This document shows, in pieces, positions 12,801-26,660 of a stretch of 64,000 nucleotides of DNA. The notes beneath the pieces were generated by a model. The model was given only the letters and a program-made list of their open reading frames with translations. It searched no databases and was not told where the DNA came from. Each line of letters opens with the position of its first letter. Within the stretch, counting starts at the first letter, position 1. Source of the DNA: Phoronis australis (Eukaryota > Animalia > Phoronida); the NCBI GenBank assembly GCA_002633005.1, contig NMRA01000355.1, positions 394,310-458,309 on the forward strand, read 5' to 3'. The translations under genes and the position numbers were made by a program.

Positions 12801-15800
12801 CTATCTTGCTGTTTTCAGGTGGATTCGATCAAGTTTGCGCCATCTAGTGGACATTTTTACTGTTTTTGGCGTCCCGTGAAAATTAGCACGTATGTTTTTA
12901 CTATGAACTGGACGACTGAGGAGGATTTTCCGATGACTGCGACTACTGTGGCACCTCCTAGTGGCAGTTTCTTTTTTTGCGCCTGTGGCTATATCTCGTA
13001 AACCATTTGCAGGGTCTTTACTAAATTTAAGAAGTGTGTTTATATGATGTTGACAACGGACGACGATGATTTGCCCCTTGGTAATAATTTTACTTTTACG
13101 TTTACCTCTGTATCTTCCAAGGTCTTCAACAGATTTTCATAAAATTTTATTGGTGAGATGATGCTATCCTCTCGTTTTCTGATGGAATCAAGATACTTTG
13201 TGCCATCTAGTTGCCATTTTTGCCCTTTTTGGCGTCTATCAACCAAATCATTCTAAGGATGGTTTAGAAAATTGGCGTATATGTTCTCAGTGTGAAGAGG
13301 ACGGTTTATGATGACGACTTCGACTACTCTGACACCATTTAGTGGTAGTTTTGTTTTGTTTTGCGCTCATAGTTTTATCTTTAACCCCCTGCAGGATTTT
13401 TATTAAATTTTGTAATAAGTGTATTTATATGAAGCTAACAACAGACAATGACGATTTTCAGGCGGATCCAATGAACACTGTGCCCCCTAGTGGCATTTTC
13501 ATTTTATTCTGTTTTCCTTTGTTTCTCTGAAGTTCCGTGACGGACTTCTATGAAATTTAGTGTATCGCTTCCTATTATATTGTATTTTTGTGCCATCTAG
13601 TGGACATTTTTATCACACAAATAAGCAACACTAAAAGCACACCATTTGCGATGCATTCGTGGGCGCATTTCAACGCTCCACGTTTCTCTTGTAATCATCT
13701 AGGGTGAATTTTCTTTTTTGAAAAAGCGAGCAACTAAAAAACTGCCTACATACCACCGACTCAAAAGAAAACAGAGACCAGAATCAACCATGCTATTTTG
13801 CCATAGCTCCCGTGCGAGAGTGTCGAGAAGTCTGAGATGGTTGTACGAGCTGTAACATCTTGCAAGTTTGTCAAGATGTCTCTTGCGCTGGTCTTACACG
13901 TTTCAAAATGGCCTCTATGGAAATGTTGTCTAACAGACGTCAGTCTGAGCTGTGTTGGCTGGGTACTAGAGAGACCTAATTTTACATGCGATACAAACCA
14001 ACTTCTTATTTAATTGACTTTTCTCATGCAGTGTGTATTTTGATTTTGGTCCATGGATATGGACGTGAGTAATTAATCAGCTGATCATTAGTTGGAATTT
14101 TAAATTATGAGTCCTGAGAAAGCAGTTTCCTTTGTGTAGGAAAAGAGTGCAGGTGGTATGATGTTATTTGCGGTGCATCGCACATGTGCAAACCAACTGA
14201 ATGCTTTTAACCTCAAATGGCTCACAAGTAAGGCTGTGCTGTGAGTAGAAGTCTCGTATGAGGATTGGCCTGTACGAACCTTCTTTTCTCACAGTTGTGA
14301 ATTGTTTGTAAAAATGGTGTCACATATCGTACAGATGAAGCTTGACCTTCTCGACAAATGAAAAGAATAGTATTTTGGAACAAATAAGGAATTAATACTT
14401 TGTAAAAATTGATGCCGTTTTTTACTGCGACAAAGGAATAATTATGGAGCTTGTGTTGACTTTTTTGTACATAGTTTAAGTCATTGTTTTTGGATCATTT
14501 TGAGTAAAAAGTGTGGGAAAAATGGCAGAATGTTTATGTATTGATTAGAATATTTGTGTTATGTGTAGCACTGTTTACATTTACCTTGTTTCATTTCAGG
14601 TGTTGGACTTCAAACCTGTGTCGCTGCTCACCAGCGATGAATACAACTACATCCTTGCTCTAAAACAAGAGTTCCGAGGCAGCATGCAAGAGTCGGCGTA
14701 CTTTCTGCGTTTCGACAACAATAGAAAACACATCGAGCGGTACTCGGACAAGTACCAATTGAATGGGTACAACGCTGGTGACAGCTGGGAACCAGGTGTG
14801 CACATATAGGTTAAAGCAGTCATTGTAACTTGATCTCTGCTTTTCCACAACTACAGATAAATTTTATTGAATTCCAACTATGAAAATAAAATTATTTTCT
14901 AAATACAGTAACAAGTTTTCAAAATAAACTAGACAACATTCAATTGCGTAACGTTTAGACACCAAGCCATTTCTCTTCAATTAGAACAAATATTTATAAC
15001 GCAAATTTGTCAAAATAACGACAACTTGCGTTTCATTTACAAAAATAAAACATTACAGCCTAGCGGCACATAACAGATATTTGACTTAACTGCCAAATAA
15101 TTCTGGCAAGAAGTTTGTTCAAGATTGCAGAGTTCTGCTTATGTATATCGTGTGTGTTTTGAAAACAACAGTTACTTAAAGCGTCTAGAAATACTGTTGT
15201 GGTGCCATATTCAAGGAGGATAATCAGCAATTGGTCGGACTTCAAGACCAGTCGCCTGGACTGGAAAACCAAATGGACAGTGATCAAATGTGTTGTTTAG
15301 ACTTCAAAACGCAACAGCCTCACCAAAAACTAGTTGGCTGGACCCAAAACACGATGGCCAGTGCTATAACTAGTTGGCCTGTGATCAAGCACGACGACCG
15401 GACTTCCTCAGATACTCACTTTGAAAGTTTTGAAGGATTCAATTAACATTTAGTGTTTATTTTCGTACTCATGAGTTCGCTTTCCTTAAAATCGGTGATT
15501 TGTTTGGCTATTGTGTTTGAGCACCGGCCAACCCATTTTAGGTCCGGCTTACCAGTTTTTTAGTGCAGTCATCTGGTTTTGTGGTACCGGTCAACCCCGT
15601 TTTGAGGTCCGACCATCTAGTTAGAACACAGGTCATTAGATTTTGCAGTCCAACCAGCTGGTTTTGAAGTTCGGGCAAGTGGTTTTGAAGTCCGACCAAT
15701 TGCTGATTCCCCCTTGATATTGCCGATCAGCATATTTGCCCTGCCAAACCAACGTCATCATGCATGGTTCTAAACTTTCATTTCATCCAAGGAGTAAACT

Positions 15801-18292
15801 TTTGATGTATACCACTTATCACTATATGTAATTGGTCTCAATTTGTTCCCTTAATTTTCAGACGAGAAATTATTTATTGGTTCGCTTCTTTGCCCGTTGA
15901 GGGTATGAAGCGCCTCCTTATGGCCATTTTGTATTACAGTGTATAACGCTCGCCTCATAGAATGATACACCGTAACAAGCCATCTTGTAGAAGCTGGTCG
16001 CAAGCAATGCTGAACTGTCAATTTTTTCAACACCTTTAAATCACTTCCAATTGGAACAAGAAACAATTTTGAGGCCCATCCCATAACAGCAAGTGGCCTA
16101 AATTTAGTGTTGGTTTTTGTAATGGATGTCAAGGTGATATCAGCTTTGTAGAGTGTCACCAATTGCATATCAAAAACACCATAGAACAACCCCACCAGTC
16201 ATCAGGCATCAAATTAGAACAACCGCAAACACTATCTGATGATTTGTTAAGTAGCGAATGTGGATTCACGAAGATTTACTGGTCGATGCATAACATGTAA
16301 AATCAGGCAACCAATCACAGCGATAGTCATTCTTCATTGTGTTCAGTGTGAAAAGTCAACACATATTGATGCTCGTTTTCCTATGGTTTCTGGTATTAAA
16401 AGGAACCACGATGCATTGCTTTAGTGGTTGCTGTGACAACTTAGTGTACAGCCACACTGTGGCTCTTTGCATTAGATTTAATTTGTGTTTTCTATCATTC
16501 TTAAAATCCGTTGAATCACGCACTCGAATATTTTAGAATATTTTCTCTAGTCAACGTTTCAGACTCTCAGCTCAATATGTGTCTACTGTTTTATGTAATA
16601 ACAATGTTGTAGCTTTCACTCTTGGTTAGAAGTTCAGCGAACTATTGCTGGTTATATCTAGTTGCCTTACACTGTTGTCATGTTGATCAGGAAAGAGTGA
16701 GCTTAATAGTTGTAGCTCTGGTTTGTGATTCTGCCTCATAGCACATGTTGCTTAATGGTAAGCAGGTTTGAATATATTGACAAACTAGACCTGCTTCTAT
16801 TTAAGTTACAGTGAGTTTTTTTTTTTACAGATTGGTCGCAATTTCCAGCCGAGCTCAAACCGGCTAAGAAGCGTAAAGGGAAGCCTATTGTGAAACCAAA
16901 TCTTGTAAAAAAGAAGACAGTCGATTTGAATTTACTCGAAAGTCTACAGGTGAAACTTGGGTCATTGTGTCACTCTCTTGATGTAGATTTTATGATAAAC
17001 TTGAGACTTGTTTCTAACCAAGCATGGAAAACTTGAGCAAATGAAAAAAGAAATTGAAAACCCAAGGACCACTAATAGAATGTTCATTTTCGACTTCATC
17101 AGTATAATAACTAATGACAATTTGCCTTAGTTTCCAGTGGTGGCCAGTAGGAATCCCACCTGACTGCAGTTTACTGTTATGTCGGACCTTTGAAGAATGT
17201 CCAAATTTGTCTATCTCAGAAAAGGGGTGACCGGATTTTATAGGAAATTTTTAGGTCCTCTGCTGCACTAAAACTGTTAGGATTTGTTTTAAATTGGTCA
17301 AGGGCAATCAAAATGAGGACTTGAAAAGCTATGTCAACAAAGGAAATGATAACTTAGAAAACTGTATCACATTTTTGACATTTCATATTGAACGTTTATA
17401 TTAAACAAAGTTTAGTATTGTTATTTGTACAATTGTTTTGCTGTAACTGTGTCATTTTCGTATAGTTCCGTGCAGTGTCACAGTTGTTTTGTGATGGAAC
17501 TCTGCGTTCTTTCAAGATTGCAAATTTCTAATCACACAGTGATAACCCCGAGGACCATGTGTTAAATGATTGTTTCAGCAGGAAGATTAGCCTCCTCTAA
17601 CCTTGTATATTTCTGTTTGAAGTTTGTGACTTCAGCTCGACCTAACTAGCTCTTTGTGGGACTTTGTATGATCTATATTTCCTCAATTATTTTATGTGTT
17701 TCTGACTAGTATATGCTCTAAATCTGTAACGTCACAGACAATGTATATGCTTATTCTGGAAAATTTTTTGGAAAAAGAAAACACACTATGGATTGAATGT
17801 GACGACGAACACTTCTCCAGGCCCTGGTGGTGGCTTGCTCAAAAGAGACCCGCTTTCCATGGTGATTCTTGTTCATGTAGGAACTGGAAAAGAAAGAACA
17901 GCAGAGCGATGGCGAACAAGAGGAGGAGGAGGAGGAACAGAAGGGGTCAGGTGATGAAGAGGTCATTGATGAAGAGTTGTATGATGAAGAGGAAATGGAA
18001 GAGGTGAGGGGCATTGTGGGATAAGGGAGGTGCATTGTGGGATGGGGAGAGCAAACAGAAGGGGTCAGGCGCTTGCTTAGTAAGAAAGCATTGGTAATGC
18101 ACCACCTGGATTTGTTTACTGTTGATTTTTGAAGGAACATTCATTCTGTGTGAAATTGGATGATAAAGCTATGGCATCATCACTTATTTCCTTTTCCAGG
18201 AGACTGATTACGTATCGTCGTACTTCGACAATGGCGAAGGTTATGGGGTGGACGACGAAGACGATGGTTTGGATGATGGCCCTACTTACTGA
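9815..18292 (+). CDS. POLR3G: DNA-directed RNA polymerase III subunit RPC7 (POLR3G/POLR3GL-like), 5 coding exons, 215 aa
   Basis: Exons: 9815-9931 (MAGRGRGRGKGYSFPVESLGFGRGEALPTPTLQPPSNYP), 14600-14795 (VLDFKPVSL...IERYSDKYQ...), 16831-16949 (DWSQFPAELKPAKKRK...), 17881-18003 (acidic tract), 18200-18292 (ETDYVSSYFDNGE...GPTY*). All are GT-AG with consistent phases, 648 nt total. IERYSDKY, DW..FP.EL and DY..SYFDNGE are RPC7/Rpc31 signatures. Candidate AATAAA at 18885. Confidence 0.95.
10070..10390. mobile_element. Small palindromic MITE-like element in POLR3G intron 1
   Basis: Inverted arms aaacttttttccaacagtcc (~10162) and ggactgttcgaaaaaagttt (~10314). Confidence 0.4.
10647..11030 (-). mobile_element. 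Truncated, internally deleted RTE-clade LINE 3' fragment
   Basis: Frameshifted minus-strand peptides AMSETAKRVSLSINTEKTKT, SLDGEEIENVSEFTCLGSVVSS, IARIKKARQA and MANNRIGWHSVTETLST resemble the RTE reverse-transcriptase C-terminus; (TAAG)n-type tail at ~10647-10663. Confidence 0.75.
12047..13672 (+). mobile_element. Helentron-associated (HINE/pearl-like) non-autonomous element with internal tandem-repeat array
   Basis: T-run start; sub-terminal inverted repeat atgtgcccac ... gtgggcgcat (~13639); (GTCC)n microsatellite at 12095-12130; internal degenerate repeats with core cc(c/t)ctagtggca(a/g)tttt and aaatttgg; ends ...ctcttgt. Confidence 0.65.
15212..15716. mobile_element. MITE with ~35-bp TIRs in POLR3G intron 2
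   Basis: caagg..aatcagcaattggtcggacttcaagacca versus tggttttgaagtccgaccaattgctgattcccccttg; flanked by direct repeat ATATT (15207-15211, 15717-15721). Confidence 0.8.
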
Positions 18293-19773
18293 GGATGGGT
18301 GCGTTGAGTGGTGCCCAAAGCATTGTCATGGTAGCTCCGAACATGGTCGTATTTACTGAAGTTGGCTGGCATCAATCAACTTCAAGTTACCATATGTGTA
18401 TGATTTGGTCCAAGAGTAGTGATCAGCGGTTGGGGGATAACCAGAACAAAATTATAGTTAAGACAATGGTCTTATTTGGTGCGGTTGGCTGGCATCACGT
18501 GACTAAATTACCATGTATGTCTGATTATAGACAAGACTGGTTACCAGCATTTGGTAGGAAATCATGACGACAAAGATGGTGGCTCACATGACGCTCATGT
18601 GTAATTGATGTTGGTTGGAGTCGATAGTCTCATCTACAGAAAGACTTATCCTAGAACAATTTGCACTATCTGATCAGCAGCTGACCATCATCGGTCTGCG
18701 AGGAGTTGTCAACGAGGAGTCGTTTCTGCAGTCTGTTGTTGGGTGGGCAAATTGGTCGTCTAGCTTAGACCACCGATTGGGATTATGGGCATTCGCGATT
18801 GGCAATCATCATTTAATGACTTAGAACATGAACTTTGGCCAAGCTAGACATCAAGCTTTTTTTGTTCGAATTGCGTGAAATTAGAATAAAGTAAATGTTG
18901 TTCAAGTTGTAGAATTTTCAAGGACGTGGAGAAATCAAATGTTAAATGATCTGGCAGAAATGTAATTTCGAACTCTATGAGGTGTGTTTTACTCATAACA
19001 ATCAAAAAACGTTTTAATGCTACAGTAAAATTATACAAAAAAATCCAAAAACAACTCTTGACGTGTTACTACAGCAGGTGTTCTTAAGGTCTTGCTGCAG
19101 TCTGTTAACGGGAGTATAGAATGTGATTAACTCACATCCATAGGAACTGGCTCCAAATTGGAGACGAGCAATATGGCGACTGGTGGCCTGTTCAACCTGC
19201 TGTATTTTGCTTACAGAAGAATGAACCTTGACCCCTGTACTCACATAGCACATGCTTTCTAAAACAAAGCTTAACTACTGATTTTCCAGTTAGAACTTTT
19301 GACCTTTTGTAATTTCCTATTGAGAATTGGCAGGGGCTAGAATCTCCCCTAGACATCCTCAGTAAGGTGTCGTACACTTTCTGTTCTTATTGCCTGGACA
19401 AGAACTGATTATATCAGTGTGGTTAATAACACGTATGCACCCAGGTGCGGCTCGAATGAGCCCCCTATTTGGCGAAGTGGGCAAAGAAGGTCCACTTCAG
19501 ATAGCAAAAACTCCGAAAAAGGTAGAAAACGAGACAAAAGTCCACTAAAAAGGCAGAAAATAGCAAAATTTGACGAAGGAACATTTCATTAAGCTCTGAA
19601 CGTACCCTGTCAATTTTAGTAAAAGGTACATGTCAGTTCTCAAAAATTCAAGACCCTTCATTTTTTAGGCTGATTGAGCAGACCTGAATAAATGTTGGAT
19701 GCTAACGATGATACCAGTTTGCTCGCAATTGGTGTGGTTGAGATTAGTCTATAGCTGTCGGTCTCGAATTTGA

Positions 19774-20470
19774 TTTTTACGCGCCCACATATTTATATGT
19801 GGACGCATTATGCCGTCATCACCATCCGTCCGGCGTCCGCTGCTGTATCTCCAAAACCCTTTGACATATGTTCATGAAATTTGACACATATGTTCCATTT
19901 ATGAATGGGACAGTATGAGCGAACTTTCGGACGGATCCGACTGTCGGTGTGCCCCCTAGTGGCAATTTTAGTTTACCTTTGTATCTTAAAGTTCCTAACG
20001 GATTTTCATGAAATTTGGTATCTAGGTACCTATTAGTGAGATGACGCTATTCTCCCGTTTTCGAATGTATTCGACTTAGTTTGCGCCACCTAGCGGCCGT
20101 TTTTACTGTTTTCAAGTCTGTTTTTTGGGTCCACCCCTCTATCAACCAAACCGCTCAAAGGATGATTGTGAAAATTGGCATGCCATGCCAATTTCACAAT
20201 CATCCTATCATCATATGTTCTTACTATAAAGTGGACGGCCGACGACTTCAAGTACTGTGGCGTTTCCTAGTGGCAGTTTTGTTTTTAGCGCATATGGCTG
20301 TATCCCCTAAACCATTCGCAGGATCTTTACTAAATTTAGTAAGCATATTTATGTAATGTTAACAATAGACCGTGACGACGACTTTCAGACAGATCTGATA
20401 TTTGGTGTACCACCTAGTGGCAATTTTATTTTTTTACGTTAACCTCTGTATCTTCAAAGGTACTCATCGT
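19774..20470 (+). mobile_element. Second copy of the HINE-like element, truncated at the contig join
   Basis: Colinear with about 12047-12760 (tatatgtggacgcatt, gagcgaactttcggacggatccga, gtgccccctagtggcaatttt); stops at the N at 20471. Confidence 0.7.
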
Positions 20471-20536
20471 NTTTTTTGCGGCAGCCAAGGGGGGGGGGCG
20501 GGCCCAGTGGCCGCTCCCCCCTAAATCCGCCTATGA

Positions 20537-20794
20537 TATCTAACCTTAAAAGGACATGTAGTGCTTAGTAAGCCAACACTGCTACGAAAAATCCATATCC
20601 CTAAATATATCTAACCTTAAAACGACGTGTAGTGCTTAGTAAGCCAACACTGGTACGAAAAATCCATATCCCTAAATATATCTAACCTTAAAAAGGACTT
20701 GTAGTTCTTAGTAAGCCAACACTGCTACGAAAAATCCATATCCCTAAATATATCTAACCTTAAAAAGACCTGAACTGCTTAGTAAGCCAACACT
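20537..20794. repeat. Minisatellite, ~3.6 copies of a 71-bp unit
   Basis: Units start at 20537, 20608, 20679 and 20751 (tatctaaccttaaaa...gtgcttagtaagccaacactgctacgaaaaatccatatccctaaata). Confidence 0.9.
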
Positions 20795-23700
20795 CGTATG
20801 TTGTCTTGCTGACTATGATGTTTTAGAGTTACCTCACTATATGCCTGAACAAATCAGGGCGTTTTTCTCCTTCCTTGAGGCAAAACGCCCACCCTACTGT
20901 AGTAAAGCGCCCAGGGGCTGGCGTTTTGCCCTGGATCGCAGAGTATTAACAAAAATGATAAGTTTGATTAAGTTTCGATAGGAACTTGTTTTTCTGAGAG
21001 TAATTATAAGATAGCATGACGTGTCATTTAATAATCCTTGATTAGTTTCTGCTACAGCTTAACGTGGCTATAAACATTCACTGAATCGTTCAAGATTCGG
21101 TTTTCTTTCGGAAAACAGGAAATATCACGAAGCGTGACTCGAATAACAGAAACATAATGGATGATACGTCCGCCATATGCAAGGAGTCTGATAACACTTA
21201 CATCAACATATATAAGCTTGTTAGAGGTCGATGTTTTTATGTCAGTTTCCATCTCGGGTGCACTAAATTTATGTATTCTCCAAGAGGAATCGCAGAAGAT
21301 TTTATTCCACCTTAGGAGCTTTAGTTTGGCTGTGACAAAGGTAATTTAAAAAATTTCCTAAAATTCTTTAAAATCTTGTGTGTTCAAATTGGCTGTGGAC
21401 AGGACTCTTTTATAGTTCTTCGGTAATATTTTTCTGCACCAAAAGCTTTGGTCCATTTGCAATGTTCACGTTTTGTTTAAGGTATCATAAATCTTTTCAG
21501 TCGATTTCTGTAAAAAGTTAAATTTATAAAAGTAGCAGTTCCTTAAAATAGCAATTTCTAAAAAAATTGCAAATTTCGTGGTGACACGTTGGTCAAGTTA
21601 CCGCTCGCTTTTCACCTTCCTCCCCCGGCTCTTCAGTTTTGATAACTGCGTAGGGTAGCTTTTCAATCCCCACCGTGATCAGTTTGCCTTTGACTCGAGC
21701 AATACTATTACATATAATAGAACTAAAGTAAGAAACAGCGTGATTCATACACAAAGTTTTTGCATTGCCCAACTTGCTCACGTCCCCAAATCAGTGTGGA
21801 CGCCTTTGCCATCAGAGCCATTGTGTATTCAACTGATATGGTCAGTGGCCTCAATTTCTAATTTAATCGAATTGCTGGAAACCACAGTCGGGAATTGGAA
21901 TTTGATGATAAAAACAAGGGGGTTTTATTATTATTATAAAGCTTTACATGTAGTCCTAACCAATAATATCAAGATGCCTTTCCTAACGTAAAATAATCCC
22001 CCAATATGCGCGTTTCGACTCTTCAACCCTATTATTACCCCCTTAAAGCCCATGCAGCCCCATCTTTGGTTCATGTTTCGGGGTGGACCTCTTTCGTTTC
22101 AATACCGAAGGTTAAGTTTTGGCAGGACACTCTGATGCCCCAAATCTGGCAAACTTCGGAACATCATATCTCAGAAATGTCTGGTCAGATTCACAGGAAA
22201 CTTTAACATTCAATTCATCAAGCACTGTTCTCCAAAACGATGTTAGAGCTTGTTAATTTTAAGTGTTTTCACTTTTGCGGTTTTCCGCTCAACTGAGTTT
22301 TGATCGAGCATTGTCAACTAAACCCTAATTTCATTGTTTCATTTTAATGTTGTCATTTTGTTCAGAATGAAATCACTGAGCAAGACTTGTGAGCTACGGT
22401 TCCAGACAACCAGCGATTTCTCGCAAAATTAGTCAATAAACATGTCAATTGCAGTGGTCATTCTGGAAATGGTGCGGCCTCTGATCTTTTCAACTCCGGT
22501 CTTAGAGCCACTTTCGAGAAATTATCAAACTATATGTTAGGAATTTTTCAACAAGACATTTTTGGGTGTTAAAATCATACAGTACTTTACAGAAATAAGT
22601 GATCTTTGGTTGTCAGTGTTAGTTCGTCAATTATTAATGAAACGTTTAGGCCCAACTAACAGGTGTGTTTTTGCATAAATTTCAAAAAGCTACTCGTGTA
22701 TTCATTGCGTAGCTAACCCTGTGTGTGCGTGTGCGCGCGTGTGTTTGTGCATGTATATACTATCACTGTTTTCTATTGGCTCTATTTTATTTGTGCAATG
22801 TCTACCAGTTTCCCATCTAAATGTTTGTTACCTGTATAATTCGAGGTCTGAGCAGTAATGTTATCTGCAGTATTGTCCCGAAAACGTGAAATAAAATCTA
22901 AGAAATGAAAAAAGCCAATCTAATACTTTGCGTTACCTATAGTACTTGCCAATAGTCCCGCTCTTGGCGGACTGTCTCACTTTTGGATTTTCCCCGCCAT
23001 TCCGCCACACCATCAAAATGTCCCGTTTTTTCACTCACGGCGAAATTGACAGATAGTATTTTATACCGCATAATCAGCCTGTCATGGCCATTACAACCGT
23101 TGATTAATCCATTTTGTTTGTCATCGCGTGTTGATTAACATTTTGACGGGAACTCGACGCCGGATTAGAACACTTGGCCCAATGGAGTTAGGGTTGTGTA
23201 TCCGGCTGACAGCATTCTGTGGGGATGTAAATCTCCTGTTTCCTCCCTTACTTTTATTTCAATGCGTCCCTGCAGAAGGCATGGGCTGTCTTACAACAAC
23301 TTGTGGCGCCTTTTATTACCCATCTTTCCAGAGATTATTATTTTATGTTTACTGATTACTTTTCTCTCATATTTTTGTACCGTTATCCGTCATAATAAAT
23401 GACGTTTATTTCGCCTAAATACGATCTCCTTTTTATCTCTGGAAACGGAGGTCTCGACGGACCTATCATTTTCGGGACATACGTCGAACATAAATGCTCT
23501 TTAACTCGTTAAATATATTTATGTGAGAATATGGACTCGTCCCACTTATATCCCCCTTTTCCCTTCTTTCGGGCTGGTCCATTAATTCTTTGTGTAGATT
23601 TGCATGAGGTTAATTTGCACACCACGCCCTAGGACATTTTATTCCTAGCCTCACTAGTGGATCATTTCTGTCATGTGCCTCGAGTTTGGTCAGCTCCTGG

Positions 23701-26229
23701 CTTCTATAAGCTGATGATTGTCACTTGCCTTAGGGTTAACCTTTGTTCTCCGTAATGTGTTTCCTGTCATTCCTTCGCTTTAGCAGCACTTACGTTTGAA
23801 TTTAATCTTCCTTCATTTTTCCCACCACCTCCCCCCCCTTTTTTTTCGCTGGTTCCTATTAAATGAGTGCTGCGCTTTTTATTTGCCCAACTTTCGAGAG
23901 ATTATTATTTTATGTTTATGTATTATTTTACACTTGTATATCTTTATCGTTATCAGTTAATATAAATTACCTTTATTTCGGTGGAATACGGTCTTTTTTA
24001 ACTCTGGAAACGAAGCTTGCGACGCACTTCGGGACATACGTCAAACATAAATGGTATTTTTACCACATAATCAGCCTGTCATGGCCATTACAACCGTTGA
24101 TCACCACATTTTGTTTATCAACGCGTGTTCATTAACATTTTGGCGGGAACCCGAGGCCAGATTAGAAGACGCTTCACTCAAGTTTTGTGAAACGACAGCC
24201 GTCGCCTTAGCGACTGAGCTATTCCCAAGCTGACGTCATTTTACGAGAACACTGAATACTTAATGCGCAATAATCGCATGTTCAGCAAACCACATTGTAT
24301 CGACATTTATTAGGCTGTGTAAAATATTACGTTCAATTTCCATCTATGAAAACGACGTTCTTAATCCAGTAAAATTTATCTGTCACCTTCTCTCACTTGT
24401 CATCGATTTCCTGTTTAAACGTTGGTAACATGTCGTCGGGAATCTTTGACTTAGACATTATGTTTAGTAAATAGTGGTAACCTACTTTAGCAGACGAAAT
24501 TTTCACGGTGGAAGTTTAGCATGATAAGATGTGTAGTAAGCTAGCGTATTTGCTTAAAATTTATTTGATAGATGGACTTGATTTCTATGTTATCGTTCAG
24601 TGTGTAATATAAATAGATCACTCCACTTGGGCGATATTTCTCCAATATTCACGAGGGCCCTATATTACGACAGATAACGACTTTGTCGTGTGATAATATT
24701 TATGCATTTTCGCACGGGACGTAATTCTCTATTCCTGTTCGTCTGAAAAGGAAAGACAGGGCGTTTCATGTGTTTTTGTGGCATCCGCAATTTCCCCATT
24801 CGACTAAAAAAGCGTCGTCGGTCGCTTTTTGTGTGTTGCGGCGTTCATTTCACCTTTGGGTTTTGACATTTATGTAGACCCAGATGTCCCACTTTTTATC
24901 CGGATGTTCCGATTTTTAATTCAGTTATCCAGCTTTTAGATTCTCGAATATTGACAACTATTCAGCAGGTGTTCAAAGAACATTGTGTCTTTGTTAGGAA
25001 TATTGTCCACTTTCTTTAGTAACATTACAATTTTAAAAATTTGTTCCAATGTTTTTCGTACACGGTAACACACACTGCATGTAACAGGATCACTAACTTT
25101 ATTTTCTCAAGGCGTGAGTTTCTTCTGAAATGCTATGTAAATTTGTACACTGCAGCCAATGTGATGAGCTTTTCACAGTTCGTGTTAAAGCTACAAAATA
25201 AATGTGACGGGACGTTCGTAACTTTATGCTTATTGTTATTCTTATTTAGTTGCAAATGTTCAGTTATTCTTATGCTAATGTCTTTGTTGCGTCTCAGTGC
25301 GCCTTTGTTACGTGGGCATGTGGGCGCGACTGTATGTGTCGGGCACTTCGCTAGCGACAGGCTTAGGAGAAGGGTGTTTCCTTCTTTTGCTGTCATGGAA
25401 AGTTGATCGTTATCATGTGAAAAATTGAACTGAAACGAATGCCTGATGAGAGAAAATACATATTTTAAGGTTCAGTGGAGACTTGCTCTGTTACATAAAT
25501 ATTTGCCCATTTATATCTAATCTGCAAATTTTGATTGGTAGTTGGAATAATTTGTTCATCAAGGTTTCTGTAAATGTCACTGAGTCCAGGCTTTTTACTG
25601 GAAATTTAATTATATCAAAAGACACCAAAATCCTATTAATATTTAAAGATGCACAATTTTTGATGAATGCCCGCCTAAATTCTTCCCGGCAGCTGTGAGA
25701 CATCCATATTCTAAAATCTTTGCCTTGATAGGTTGCAATGTTTTGAAACATTAAAACTATTTCTCTAATAATTCAATTAGTCATTTATGATACCACCTTT
25801 GTTCATTTTCTATTTATATTTTATTACACCCGAAACTAATTGTCATTATACTCAATTAGTTGACATATTAAATGAGTAATGTGCTAATTATTACTTGAAG
25901 GGTTTCCTTGTTGCACTCTTTTTTTGATTTTGGTAACACTCTTCGTTTTCAGAATTAAAAAAAAATTTAAAGCTGTCAGATATTTAAAACGATATTCAAA
26001 CTTGATTAAAAACACGACTGTACTTTTTGTTAGACGGCTTGATGTCCACGCGCTCATATTAACTTTAAAATTTTCGATTTTCCGACAAACAAGCTTTAGT
26101 ATTTCAAATCACCACTTTTATATCAAATACAACTAGACATAGCATCAGCAGTGGATCAAGTGTTAGATTTGCGCATCAGTAAATAATATCTGATGGTACG
26201 TTAAGTAGCTGACCTCAAACTTACGGGCA

Positions 26230-26660
26230 TTCATTGCTCGATACATATGCGCTCAAAATTGGAGGTGTCATCAACAATTAGATCAAATTTACTCATACAA
26301 GTGTTTTTCCATGATGACGTCAACATTGAATATGTTTGTCCGGCGAACTACTACTTTAACATTGTCTTCCAGACGCTTCGGGGCTTCATGGAGTTTTCGG
26401 GGGCACTTGATGTCAACGTTTTATTATGGTGCTTTCGCATCGCAGTAGGTCTTTACTGTTGGGACTAGCGTTGACAAATACCACCGATTCCAGGCATTTA
26501 AAATTTCTGGACAAGTTTTCTAGCGTCAGCCGTTTGCAGTAAGGGTCAAATTTAGATTTCAAGTGGAGGTTTGGGCCAAGGCTGAGCAAGTAATTCTCGT
26601 CATCCGAAAGTTTGTGTGACGACGTGTTGACAAACGGGGATATCGCCATGAAGAAGAGCA
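26230..26660 (-). mobile_element. Decayed Penelope-like retroelement fragment (unit A copy)
   Basis: Minus-strand peptides FVNTSSHKLSDDENYLLSLGPNL and LHEAPKRLEDNVKVVVRRTN..VDVIMEKHLY..KFDLIVDDTSNF follow the N-terminal Penelope pattern VxNLSxxxLSxxExxLLSxGxxF ... ALKxLxxDxxIVIxxADKGxxxVIMDxxxY. Confidence 0.55.

Noticed and set aside
20537-20794. 71-bp repeats as CRISPR or an RNA gene cluster
   Set aside because: Head-to-tail minisatellite without spacers; a single diverged unit exists at the paralogous site near 45790.
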